Shown piece by piece: positions 8,722 through 18,308 of a DNA stretch of 35,867 bases (the stretch's first letter is position 1; every line of letters starts with the position of its first letter). The stretch is taken from the NCBI GenBank assembly GCA_048882385.1, contig JBHLRQ010000010.1, positions 15,950 through 51,816 of the forward strand, written 5' to 3'. The stretch comes from Candidatus Thorarchaeota archaeon (GTDB lineage: Archaea; Asgardarchaeota; Thorarchaeia; Thorarchaeales; Thorarchaeaceae). The notes beneath the pieces were generated by a model that was not told the DNA's origin, searched no databases, and saw only the letters and a list, made by a program, of their open reading frames with translations. The position numbers and the translations under genes were made by a program.

Positions 8722-9375
8722 TTGCATACAATGTTTGAGTACGTCCAAGAGAGAGAAGCAACTAGTCGGCTTATCCCTAGGACAATGGTCTATGTGATAA
8801 CTACTGGAGAGGCTGAAAAGGAAGACCAGGACGAGCTCTCTGAGAGAGGAAAGAACCAAGTTACTGAGATCGCATTATCACGTGTTGTCGCTGGTGTTCG
8901 AAAGATCTATTCCGCATCCTCAAAAATTGCTACAAGTACATCAAAAATCCTAGCGGAAGAATTCGGAGCGAAGACTCAGAAAAGAGACTGCCTGAATGAT
9001 GTTGATTTTGGAAAGGAAAAGGACTCTCAAGAATCACTCTTGGCGATGTGGAAGAATGAGGAATACGAACCGAGCGAGGGCGAATCATTTGTCATTGCAC
9101 GGGAGAGATTTGGAGAGTGCATGAATGACATTGCCAGTAAGCATTCAGGAGATGTATTTGCAGTCGTCACACACCCATTGATAGCATATCTATTTCATTC
9201 ATTGGTTACTGCAGCACCCCTAGATATCGATAATTGGCTTTCATCTGGAAATGCATCATGTGCGTCTTACGAATACTCGAGAAAAGGGTGGAGTGAGGTT
9301 ATGCCTCCGGATAACAGCTATCTTAGCGATCCAACCTCGGTTGCAGATGAATATCCTGATGGTCATTTTGACTGA
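8722..9375 (+). CDS. Histidine phosphatase (phosphoglycerate mutase) superfamily protein with degenerate active site
   Basis: Fold motifs LSERGKNQ, IYSAS, LNDVDFG, GESF, VVTH, NAS are present, but the RHG motif reads TTG. Likely start ATG at 8731. Confidence 0.8.
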   Translation: MHTMFEYVQEREATSRLIPRTMVYVITTGEAEKEDQDELSERGKNQVTEIALSRVVAGVRKIYSASSKIATSTSKILAEEFGAKTQKRDCLNDVDFGKEKDSQESLLAMWKNEEYEPSEGESFVIARERFGECMNDIASKHSGDVFAVVTHPLIAYLFHSLVTAAPLDIDNWLSSGNASCASYEYSRKGWSEVMPPDNSYLSDPTSVADEYPDGHFD

Positions 9376-9377
9376 TT

Positions 9378-9434
9378 AAAGAAAAACAGAAGCGGCACAG
9401 GTCAGACCAATGGCGGTCAGACCTGCATTGCCGC
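9378..9434 (-). terminator. Long stem-loop plus T-rich tract between convergent genes
   Basis: GCGGCA/TGCCGC, CAGGTC/GACCTG and GACC/GGTC nest into one hairpin (9392-9434), followed on the minus strand by TTCTGTTTTTCTTT. Confidence 0.65.
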
Positions 9435-9451
9435 GGTTATGTCAGGTATGT

Positions 9452-12400
9452 CTACCTTCTTCTGTATAGTACACAAACTATTACCACTAATGCAACCACA
9501 CCACCAACAGCCAAGTAAAGAACCATTGGATTACCATCACCTGGTGTATATGGAGTAGTTGTAGTTCCAGTACTCTGGAAAGCACTTGTGTATGCCACAA
9601 AGATAGGATCACAGATTATGTCGTGACCACCCCAGTGCTCATAACCTGATGTCATGAACAGCATGGAGGCATCGACAGTCCAATCAGTAACAGTCTGCCC
9701 AGAAGTAGACTGATACATCGCACTAAATGCTCCAATTGGCACAGTTGATGAACCAGAAACGTATGGATTAGCATAGTCATCACCGCCCCAATAGTATGTA
9801 AGTCCACCCATAGTCACGTTAGCATATGGACTATTCTCATTTCCGAACTGGTAGAATTCTGCACTAGCGCTATCAGCATTGGTATCTGTAATCGGTCGGT
9901 CTCCCACAGTTCTCTGTGTGCGACCAGTTGTACCTAGAACTCCAAAGAAGTTCACAGCAAGACTTCGTTCACTGAGAACGCTCTGATCGAACGTTTCTAA
10001 GGTGAAATCACCAATCTTCTGATCTATCTTGAAGGACACTGCATGGTTCCACTTCTGAGGATCGAGGGGGTCATATGTGACGAGATCTACAGTGAAAGAA
10101 ATATCGAATGCCATCTCATCGACGGTAGCGTGAGAGATTGCATAGTCAAAGTCCTTCTGATTCAGATCAAGAGCACCCTCATAGGACTCACGGAAGGCCC
10201 AAGGACCTCGGACTCCGCGGGAGTGTTCTATCTGAAGAGGATAGATTGTCACATCGACATCATAGATTGATACACCAAAGCTTACCTCTGTATCAGGAGA
10301 TACTGTGACTGCTCCGGTCCCGTTGGTTGCACCAAACGGTTGACGAAACTCCAAAGAGCCAACCGAGTCGATTAGTATCAAATGACTGACCTCATCGGTC
10401 ACAAGCTGACCATCTTCAAAGTAGAAGTCAGGAGCAGCTGGTGAAGCACCCAATGGATCATCGTTGAAGATGAGTAGACCTGCATATTGTGCTCTGAAGT
10501 GAGCAGCCAAACGACTACTGTCTGACACAGACACCATGAATGCCTGATGTGTTCCCCAGAAGAACCAAGTATTGGTCCACCTGTTGCTGTCGAGTCCTGT
10601 GGCTCCACTGAGGTCGATAGTACGATTCTCAGTCATCCAAGCTACGTATTTGTATTCAGGCCTAGCTAGTTCATCAACGGGATCAGCCCAAAGATCGTCA
10701 CGGATTGTGTTCAATTCGCTCTGACTTACTGGAGACATATCTGTATGATACCAATAGAAGGTCTCGTTGGCTTCAAATGCCATTTCAAAATCTAAGACAC
10801 CCATCCAGTTAGCAGACCAGAATTCATCTCCGGGTCGTCCTGGTGTTGGTTCAAATGCAACCCCAACCTCCATCTTCTCGATTGAGGTGTTACCCCAGTC
10901 GTGCCAATATCCAGTCCGCTTGATGAAGTATTGGTCATCAGTGGTGAAAACATTTCCATCGAGGTCTATTGCACCATCAGATGTAACGACCCACCTCTGA
11001 GGTTCGAAGAAATCAACCTCACCAAGGATAAAGTGACTTGGACTCCAGATTACATCAGCTTCAACTTCTTCATTGAAAGACTCAGTATTGTTGCCAGGTT
11101 CTGGACCTGTTGGATATAACACCCAGGTATTGAGACCAGCTAATGACGCATTCAACTGCCACCAACCAAGTCCTCCTGATGCTACATGCGCTGAGCTTAC
11201 CACCATGGATGGAGCATCAGTTGTGAATTCAAGACCTATATCAAGAATTGACTCTGTTGGTCCGATGACCCAGCTCCAGTCGTGGATAACTATCAGACCT
11301 ATATCAAGGTCTTCTTCAATGCCAGCAAAGACCCCTTCCAGTGTATGAACATACTTCGTTACCGTTGACGCAGACCAAACAACATTCGCTTTAAAATTCA
11401 CAAAGATGAAGTGCCGAGTCGTGTGTCGCCAGTAGTGTGTTGCATTGGACTCGAAACCTTCGGTTTCAAACCATAACGTGATGTTATGTCTATCAACATG
11501 GAAATACATTCCACCAATATCAATCTCCAGAGCATCCTCAGTTGTCACATTGAACTCATTAATCTCAATGTAGGATGTCCCATTGACTATACTCTCTGGA
11601 GCATGGATGTTGAGAGTCAGATTGAGAATATCTCCTTGAAGTGCTCTATCAGCAATGAAACCATCTTTTCTGAGAAAAGCTTCAATGAACTCTTGCTGGA
11701 ATGCAAGACTAACAGTGTTATGTTTTTCAATGTCAGGATGTGCTTGAAGTCGCTCTCTGTCTTGGTTGAGTACAAACCAGAAGAATGGTTCAGGAGTTAT
11801 TTTACCACCAACCTGATAGTCGTCTGGATTGAGATCAAGTTTGTCTGTGAAAGACCCAGTCCATGTTACTTTAGCTCCGCCATTCTCGATTGTTGTAGCA
11901 ATCGGGACATAGTACTCAGACACATCAATGCTAGCGTTGAATAGGAAATCAAAATCAACCATCCATTGAAGTATGTCGTAGTTGTATGTCCAGGTAATGT
12001 TATCGAGATATCCTGCAATCGGGAAGGCATTGGTTCCATTATAAGCAAAGAAGATTATCAAAGGCATCTCTGTTGCATTTATCCAAGTAGGATCTGGGGA
12101 GAACATGTTCAAAGGCATTGAGAAGTTGTAAGCTCTGGTGTGTTCACCATAAGTTGTAGCAAATGGCAAAACAGCTGCACCTAGAGGCTCATTAGCTTCT
12201 AGATTTAATGTGAACACGTCCCCTACGTCTATGTAGTGGAGGATATCTCCAGCTCCATCAACAACTTCTGCATAGTAGTAATTAGGTAATTCAAAGACAT
12301 GACTCTCAATATCAACTCCAAGACCTAGAGGTGGAACTGCAAAACCACCAGCGTTAACAGAAGCTAACCAAGAAGGTGTTGCTGGTCTACCCAAAATGTC

Positions 12401-12985
12401 AATAGCTTGCATACCAGTCCAGAAGATCCGTCTTACTATGCGAGTTGTAAATCTGAATGCAAACTTTACCTCAAAGCTGTGTAATGTCACTGTATATTCA
12501 CTACCACCAGCATCGAGTGCAACAAAATCAGATGATATCGGAATTTCTGCGCCAGCAACAGCGTGGAAGTTGAGTTTATTCCATTCATCAGCGGTGACAT
12601 TGTATTCTAACACGAAGAATGTACCACTTTCTCCTTCCTCACCTGCAGAACCCCAGAACTGAACTACATCGAGACCAATACCATCTCCAAGGAAAGACTT
12701 TGGAATTGTGATATCGATAATCAGGTCTACACCAGGTTCAACTCGGTAGAAGTTCTCGGAGATGGGTGTAGCATTATCAGCATAACTAATCCCCACTGTT
12801 GGTTGCGGGCCAAAAATCCACTGAGAGTGCTCCTCAGTATGCTCGAACGTGTCCTGTTCGTCTGTGACTTCCCAGGCTACATACAAGAATGGATCTCCAG
12901 TTGTCTGCGCACTAACAAAACTAGCTGTAGCAGCGAAGCTCAGAACGAGGAGTGCCACGATTAGTATAGTATTTGTTTTCTTCAT
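9452..12985 (-). CDS. Large (~1180 aa) secreted, membrane-anchored surface glycoprotein; S-layer-like candidate
   Basis: Signal peptide MKKTNTILIVALLVLSFAATASFVSA after SD GGTGAGGTG (ORF track starts at GTG 12994); acidic, aromatic, beta-rich; many N-x-S/T sequons; Thr-rich linker, TM helix, YRRR tail. Confidence 0.8.
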   Translation of the reverse strand: MKKTNTILIVALLVLSFAATASFVSAQTTGDPFLYVAWEVTDEQDTFEHTEEHSQWIFGPQPTVGISYADNATPISENFYRVEPGVDLIIDITIPKSFLGDGIGLDVVQFWGSAGEEGESGTFFVLEYNVTADEWNKLNFHAVAGAEIPISSDFVALDAGGSEYTVTLHSFEVKFAFRFTTRIVRRIFWTGMQAIDILGRPATPSWLASVNAGGFAVPPLGLGVDIESHVFELPNYYYAEVVDGAGDILHYIDVGDVFTLNLEANEPLGAAVLPFATTYGEHTRAYNFSMPLNMFSPDPTWINATEMPLIIFFAYNGTNAFPIAGYLDNITWTYNYDILQWMVDFDFLFNASIDVSEYYVPIATTIENGGAKVTWTGSFTDKLDLNPDDYQVGGKITPEPFFWFVLNQDRERLQAHPDIEKHNTVSLAFQQEFIEAFLRKDGFIADRALQGDILNLTLNIHAPESIVNGTSYIEINEFNVTTEDALEIDIGGMYFHVDRHNITLWFETEGFESNATHYWRHTTRHFIFVNFKANVVWSASTVTKYVHTLEGVFAGIEEDLDIGLIVIHDWSWVIGPTESILDIGLEFTTDAPSMVVSSAHVASGGLGWWQLNASLAGLNTWVLYPTGPEPGNNTESFNEEVEADVIWSPSHFILGEVDFFEPQRWVVTSDGAIDLDGNVFTTDDQYFIKRTGYWHDWGNTSIEKMEVGVAFEPTPGRPGDEFWSANWMGVLDFEMAFEANETFYWYHTDMSPVSQSELNTIRDDLWADPVDELARPEYKYVAWMTENRTIDLSGATGLDSNRWTNTWFFWGTHQAFMVSVSDSSRLAAHFRAQYAGLLIFNDDPLGASPAAPDFYFEDGQLVTDEVSHLILIDSVGSLEFRQPFGATNGTGAVTVSPDTEVSFGVSIYDVDVTIYPLQIEHSRGVRGPWAFRESYEGALDLNQKDFDYAISHATVDEMAFDISFTVDLVTYDPLDPQKWNHAVSFKIDQKIGDFTLETFDQSVLSERSLAVNFFGVLGTTGRTQRTVGDRPITDTNADSASAEFYQFGNENSPYANVTMGGLTYYWGGDDYANPYVSGSSTVPIGAFSAMYQSTSGQTVTDWTVDASMLFMTSGYEHWGGHDIICDPIFVAYTSAFQSTGTTTTPYTPGDGNPMVLYLAVGGVVALVVIVCVLYRRR

Positions 12986-13116
12986 TACATACACCTCACC
13001 AAAAGCCTAGCGTGCCGCGACCTCCTCTGCAAAAAAGTGGATGCTCGGAGTGAGGTGCCAGCTTTTGATTTATTATGGTGTTCATCATAGGATCAATCCT
13101 ATTGATCTCTGATGGA
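12986..13116 (-). promoter_or_regulatory. Putative structured 5' leader of the surface protein gene
   Basis: Perfect 8-bp inverted repeat 12992-12999/13050-13057 covering the SD; further hairpin at 13081-13116. Confidence 0.4.
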
Positions 13117-13375
13117 AAAAACCGATTACTGCATGTATTCACATAGAAAATTGCATATAATGTATTATGGATGATTCATCTATAGCTCATCAGTGACTGT
13201 AGTTGAACACTCTCTATCTATGCACCATTGAATACTAGGTTTTAGCACCTCCCTCATCACACTATATTCACTATTGTACTATACTGTTGACACCTTAGTA
13301 TTTTATTACATATTACACACTATGTGTTACAATATATGCATTACATGTATATAGAATAAAAGCGTGGTATTGTTA

Positions 13376-14578
13376 ATGAAGCATAATACAAAACTGGTGA
13401 TATTAGGATTAACTTTTACCGCTATCATTTTCCTCGGTCTTCTACCTTTTCAAGCACTTGCAGTTGCTAGAACTCAGAATTGGCCAAGTTGGGATATTTG
13501 GAGGGAAACCACTCCTGAATTACAGGGTATGGATTCAAGTAAGATTGAGGAAATGTATAGCTTTATCGAAACAAACGAGATAAACATTCAAAGTGTTTTG
13601 ATTATTCGAAATGGGTACATAGTTAATGAGGAATATCTCTATAACTCAATAAGGCTGGAAGAAAAAAGTTACTATTGGCCTGAAGCAGATCCATATTGGG
13701 AACTTAGAGACAACAGACTACATGCAGTCTGGAGTGTTACAAAATCTGTTGTATCTTTGCTTACAGGAATAGCTATTGAAAAGGGATATTTCGACTTAGA
13801 CACCAAATTCTTCGATGTGTTCCCTGAGAGGTGGGATTCCGCAAAATATAGTGATCCAGTGTTTTTTGATGCTAAGAAAGACATAACCGTTGAGAATCTG
13901 CTTCTTCAAAACGTTGGCATTCAATGGAATGAGTTCGATCCAGTGACCAATTACGAATGGACTATCGATGGTTTTAGTCTCGATTACTATCTAACGAAAC
14001 AAATGGATTATCTACCAGGAACAGACGATCCTCTCGCTTGGACATATTCGAGTGGTAATGCAGAGATGCTGTCTGTGATTCTCGCAAATAAGACTGGGAT
14101 GACAATGGCTCAATTTGCTCGAGAATATTTATTCAAACCCCTTAAGATCCGAGATAGCGAATGGGATTGGATGTATGGTCCTTCAGCATGGGGAACAGGA
14201 GATTTTGCAATCAAGTATCACGGGGGATTCGGACTTTTCATGACACACAGAGCGATGGCACGCATTGGATTGATGCTTCTTAATGAAGGAAAGTGGCATG
14301 GAAGACAAGTTGTTTCAGAAGAATGGGTTGAAACATCAACGAGTGCTCTAATTGACAGATTATTGTTTGGAGTATTTCCAATTCACTATGGATACTTATG
14401 GTGGGTTACTCCTGGGAAATATTATCAAGCATTTGGGGCAAATACACAGCGGATAATTGTGATACCGGAATATGATATTGTGGTGGTCTTCACTGCTAAT
14501 GATCCAAATGATTTGATATGGTCTGGCCCCGTCGATAGTCTGCTCATTGACTCATTCATTATACCAGCAGTTCTGTAG
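13376..14578 (+). CDS. Secreted serine hydrolase, beta-lactamase class C/AmpC-like family
   Basis: SxxK motif (WSVTKS), ITVENLL, YSS in the YxN position, MARIGLMLLNEGKW, YGYLWW, AFG; N-terminal signal peptide. ATG at 13376 preferred to GTG at 13364. Confidence 0.9.
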   Translation: MKHNTKLVILGLTFTAIIFLGLLPFQALAVARTQNWPSWDIWRETTPELQGMDSSKIEEMYSFIETNEINIQSVLIIRNGYIVNEEYLYNSIRLEEKSYYWPEADPYWELRDNRLHAVWSVTKSVVSLLTGIAIEKGYFDLDTKFFDVFPERWDSAKYSDPVFFDAKKDITVENLLLQNVGIQWNEFDPVTNYEWTIDGFSLDYYLTKQMDYLPGTDDPLAWTYSSGNAEMLSVILANKTGMTMAQFAREYLFKPLKIRDSEWDWMYGPSAWGTGDFAIKYHGGFGLFMTHRAMARIGLMLLNEGKWHGRQVVSEEWVETSTSALIDRLLFGVFPIHYGYLWWVTPGKYYQAFGANTQRIIVIPEYDIVVVFTANDPNDLIWSGPVDSLLIDSFIIPAVL

Positions 14579-14606
14579 TATAACTGCCAGAGGGGATAAA
14601 AGATGT

Positions 14607-14630
14607 ATTCGGGTGAAAATCACTCGGAAT
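14607..14630. terminator. Hairpin between convergent genes
   Basis: TTCGGGTGA-AAA-TCACTCGGA stem with G-U pairs, about 30 nt after the hydrolase stop; no clear T tract. Confidence 0.35.
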
Positions 14631-14805
14631 TAAACATGTGAGTATCGCGGGTTATCTCGTATTTGCAAGACATGTGTTGAAGCGCTGTTTCCACATATCG
14701 AATAGTTAACGGTGATGGTATCTTCGTATGACTGCTCTACAGTATTCTGAATGATGTATAAGCAGAGAATTATAGACGCTTTCCAATGTGATATGGATTT
14801 TCCAT

Positions 14806-16821
14806 CTATAGCTCATCGAAGTAGACCCGAAGAAGCTCTGCAACACTGCGTGCCCGTGATACTGTACCCCGATCTCTATGAGGTTTAGATCCATCGAACA
14901 TTCCTGATACAGTTCCAAGACAGCCACGGCGGACTGCATTCAAAACAGGTCGAAATATCCGTTTCTCAGCCTTTGCTCTATTCTCCTCTGTGCGTCCGTT
15001 CACGTTAAGCCAGGCTGTGATGTATGGTCCAATCAGCCAAGGATGTACAGTTCCTTGGTGTGTGGCTGCAGCTCTACTCTTGGGACCCCCTGTATAAGCA
15101 CGAGCGTACCTTTTGTCAGAAGGGGACAAGGTCCTAAGACCAAATGGTGTTAGTAATTCTTTTGTTACAACTTTGAGGACAGAGTTCGCTTTTATCCCAT
15201 CCAGAAGTGGAAAGGGTAGGCTGATAGAAAATATCTGGTTGGGGCGGATTGAAGCGTCTGAAGTTTCATCAGTCACGACATCATATAGGTAGCCAAGCTC
15301 ATCATCCCAGAATGTCTGTTCAAAGGCTTCTTTTATCCAAGAGGCTACAGCTTGAAACTCATATGGATCTCTCCCAACGAGATTGCTCATCTCACCCATG
15401 GCCATCAAAGCATTATACCAAAGAGCATTGACCTCTACACATTTTCCAATTCTTGGTGTTGCAAGCCAGTCTCCAAGTTGCTCATTCATCCAAGATACTT
15501 CAACGCCTTCGATTCCTGAGATAATCATTCCATCATGGTCTTCATGGATATTGTATTTTGTACCAATTCGATAGGCTGCAATGATAGATTCCATGGTGTC
15601 CCAGATTATGCCCCGAAGAAACTCTACATCACTAGTACATTCTATATATTTGCGAACAGCCATGATGTACCAGAGTGAAGCATCAACTGAATCGTATTCT
15701 GGTTGGATACCCCTATCTGGGAAGTCATTGGGAACGAGACCATATCTTGAATGTCGAGCATAGGTCGTGAGTACTGCGCGAGCGTCTTGGAATCTTCCAA
15801 TCGACATAGTCAATCCAGATAATGAAATAAGGGCATCCAGACCAACATCTGCTAGCTCATGATAACCGGCAATAATCGAACGCATTTTTGTTGAAGCCCG
15901 ATCTACAATGAAAGTATCTGCATCCAGAACTAGCCATTCGATGTCTTCATCTCTTTCTTTGGAGGACATTGCAAATGCCCGGTCATTCAATATCTTTCTC
16001 CGTCGTAGTTCTTCAAATCTGAGCTTGGCAAAATCTTTCCTTTCTGCTTTCGCCAAAGGTCCAAGGTCCCTCATCAGTTTCTTTCTAGTTGGATCGACTG
16101 CGAACAGAAATGATAGAAAATGCGATCCAGGTTGAAGAACAGTATGAAATACTCCTGGGATAATCATCTCTTCCAAATGAGGCAATCCCATAGCTTTGTC
16201 CTTTCTATAGATTTGAGGTTCAGTGATTCGTATCTCACTCGGCATGAACTCAGCATCTGGGGTGTATGCATACATCCAAGGACTGTTTGGTCGGTCATCA
16301 AATGAGAAATAGGAGTGCTCATCCACAATTTCAATTTCAGGTGTGAAGTCAAGGTGAGGAGGTCTTGCATGGAGGTCCCTACACGTTTGAATAGGAGTTA
16401 CTGTGAAGACAGTTTCATCATTTGTAAAGATTTCATAGTTAACTACTGTGAGATTCCGTCTGTACGCCATGAAAACTGTCTTTTCTAGTTCGAATGACCC
16501 AGTCTTGTAAACCATCTGTGGTAAAGGATTCAATTCAAATCTTTTCAGAAAGCGATATCCCCTGTGAGTGACTCCACTCTTAGTTTGTTCAACGCTCAGA
16601 CTACATTCTCCCTCTGTGTTTACAAGGGCTTCATCAAGTCTCGATAGTGTGAGCCATCGGTCAACAGGTGGACTCAACGAAGAAACAAGAAGACCATGAT
16701 ATCCACGGGCGTTGAGTCCCACTATTGTGGAAGATGTGTAACCCCCAAGACCGTTCGCATACAGCCACTCGAACGTGACTGCTCGATTCAGTCTAAGATC
16801 AGCATCTTCCAAAGTTATCAC
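14806..16821 (-). CDS. Glycogen debranching enzyme-like (amylo-alpha-1,6-glucosidase family), catalytic residues substituted
   Basis: N-terminal EWLYANGLGGYTSST..RGYHGLL; C-terminal IIAGY, VDASLW, TPRIGKCVEVNALWYNAL, IRPNQIF, LLTPFGLRTLSP, HQGTV, SVAELLR. GTG at 16821 follows AGGAG (ORF track start 16851). Confidence 0.9.
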   Translation of the reverse strand: MITLEDADLRLNRAVTFEWLYANGLGGYTSSTIVGLNARGYHGLLVSSLSPPVDRWLTLSRLDEALVNTEGECSLSVEQTKSGVTHRGYRFLKRFELNPLPQMVYKTGSFELEKTVFMAYRRNLTVVNYEIFTNDETVFTVTPIQTCRDLHARPPHLDFTPEIEIVDEHSYFSFDDRPNSPWMYAYTPDAEFMPSEIRITEPQIYRKDKAMGLPHLEEMIIPGVFHTVLQPGSHFLSFLFAVDPTRKKLMRDLGPLAKAERKDFAKLRFEELRRRKILNDRAFAMSSKERDEDIEWLVLDADTFIVDRASTKMRSIIAGYHELADVGLDALISLSGLTMSIGRFQDARAVLTTYARHSRYGLVPNDFPDRGIQPEYDSVDASLWYIMAVRKYIECTSDVEFLRGIIWDTMESIIAAYRIGTKYNIHEDHDGMIISGIEGVEVSWMNEQLGDWLATPRIGKCVEVNALWYNALMAMGEMSNLVGRDPYEFQAVASWIKEAFEQTFWDDELGYLYDVVTDETSDASIRPNQIFSISLPFPLLDGIKANSVLKVVTKELLTPFGLRTLSPSDKRYARAYTGGPKSRAAATHQGTVHPWLIGPYITAWLNVNGRTEENRAKAEKRIFRPVLNAVRRGCLGTVSGMFDGSKPHRDRGTVSRARSVAELLRVYFDEL

Positions 16822-16964
16822 TATGTGGAGCTCCTTCCAGTTATTCAGCAAATCTGCTATCGAAAGTTGAACACTTTAAGGGTTGTGTCACATTTTTGAT
16901 ACTTCAACAGACACTATCATAAAGGATTAGCATGTTCAGATACTCTGTTTTGGAGAAAAGCTGA

Positions 16965-18251
16965 ATGACCGAACGCAATTATGGAACATCAGATGAGGAG
17001 GAGTCCATAGTTGTGGTTAGGTCAGCTGAAAGGATTCGTTTCGGATTGAGTGGCAATCTCAGACGTCTAGCAATAGCTACTGGAATTGCACAGTTCTCGA
17101 TGAGTGTGTGGATTTGGCATTTTGGAATTTTCCTTGAAGCCAGTCTAAACCACCTCTGGCAAATAGGAATCACGTTCTCAATTGGTACATTTGCTATGAT
17201 TGTAGGCTATGGGATATCTGGAACAATTGCCGATTATATTGGAAGAAAGAATGTTATGATAATCGCTTTTATCCCAATGTTTGTAGGACTTGTCGCTCTT
17301 CGTTTTTATCCAGTCTGGCCATTGATACCACTTGAGTATGCATCAATCGAACTTGGGTGGGCATTCATCATCATTATGTCAAGTGCAATGCCTGCAGATG
17401 AGATTGCATTGACTGATGGCGTTAATGCTGCTAGAACCTTCAATATGGTTGTCTTACCAGCCTTCTTGGTTGATGGAATGAGCCCTGTGCTTGCAGGACT
17501 TCTTTTCAGTGTTGGGTATGTTGCTGGAGATCTTCATCTATTGGCTGCAGTTGGAGCTCTAATTGCTATGGTAGCGACCCGCATTGGGGTGAGAGAATCT
17601 CTTGGTGATGATATCATTGAGAAAGCTAAGTCGGGTTCGGTAATAACATTAAGAGGTCTCGGACGCAATTTTTGGATATTTTCAGCAGGAATGGCAGGGT
17701 TTGTCTTCGTAATGAACTTCGCATTTCCTTACTTGGGAAATCTCGTAGTGAACGAATGGGGTATAAGTGAATCATTCTATGCCTATGCATGGAGTGGATG
17801 GTCACTCGTATGTGTTATTCTAATGTACAATGTTGGAACTGCAACTGACAGAAATATCAGAGCTGCACTGATTACTGGAACATTGGCTACAGCCTTAATC
17901 GTGGGTTTGTATTCGTATGGGGTTTCCATTCTAGACCTCATCATATTGAACGTTTTACTGGCAGCACCCATAGTGATCTGGAGTGGAGCCGAAAAGACTC
18001 TAGCAGTCAATGGTGTCAGTAACGAGCTGAAAGGTCGTGCATTAGGAACATATCAGTTGATGATGAGCACAACACGATTGTTTGGTCAGTTTATCGGAGC
18101 AATACTCTGGGATATATTTGGTAGCTTGAGATCTGTATTTGGCATCGCAAGCATTGGGGGTATGATACTTGTCGTGGGTCTTACATATGCTCTTATGTCA
18201 CTAAGACTTGAATATAGAGGAGAATTTCCCAAACTCGCTGATTCCGAGTAA
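16965..18251 (+). CDS. MFS transporter
   Basis: About 12 TM helices; motif A GTIADYIGRK; ELKGRALG in the second half. Confidence 0.9.
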   Translation: MTERNYGTSDEEESIVVVRSAERIRFGLSGNLRRLAIATGIAQFSMSVWIWHFGIFLEASLNHLWQIGITFSIGTFAMIVGYGISGTIADYIGRKNVMIIAFIPMFVGLVALRFYPVWPLIPLEYASIELGWAFIIIMSSAMPADEIALTDGVNAARTFNMVVLPAFLVDGMSPVLAGLLFSVGYVAGDLHLLAAVGALIAMVATRIGVRESLGDDIIEKAKSGSVITLRGLGRNFWIFSAGMAGFVFVMNFAFPYLGNLVVNEWGISESFYAYAWSGWSLVCVILMYNVGTATDRNIRAALITGTLATALIVGLYSYGVSILDLIILNVLLAAPIVIWSGAEKTLAVNGVSNELKGRALGTYQLMMSTTRLFGQFIGAILWDIFGSLRSVFGIASIGGMILVVGLTYALMSLRLEYRGEFPKLADSE

Positions 18252-18308
18252 TGCTCTTATCTTCATTCAATGTATAACAATCATGTTTGGAGTTCTTGAG
18301 GGGTAACT

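Noticed and set aside
9392-9434. Hairpin with two GGTCAGACC copies considered as SECIS or mini-CRISPR
   Set aside because: Neither flanking gene has an in-frame TGA needing recoding, and 9-nt units have no spacer structure. A terminator explains it.
10043-12662. Several plus-strand ORFs of 70-150 aa
   Set aside because: Antisense shadows of the large surface protein gene with no independent motifs. The same applies to other short antisense ORFs in the track.
14806-16851. Pseudogene call for the debranching enzyme homologue
   Set aside because: Full-length open frame with structural motifs retained; changes concentrate at the active site.
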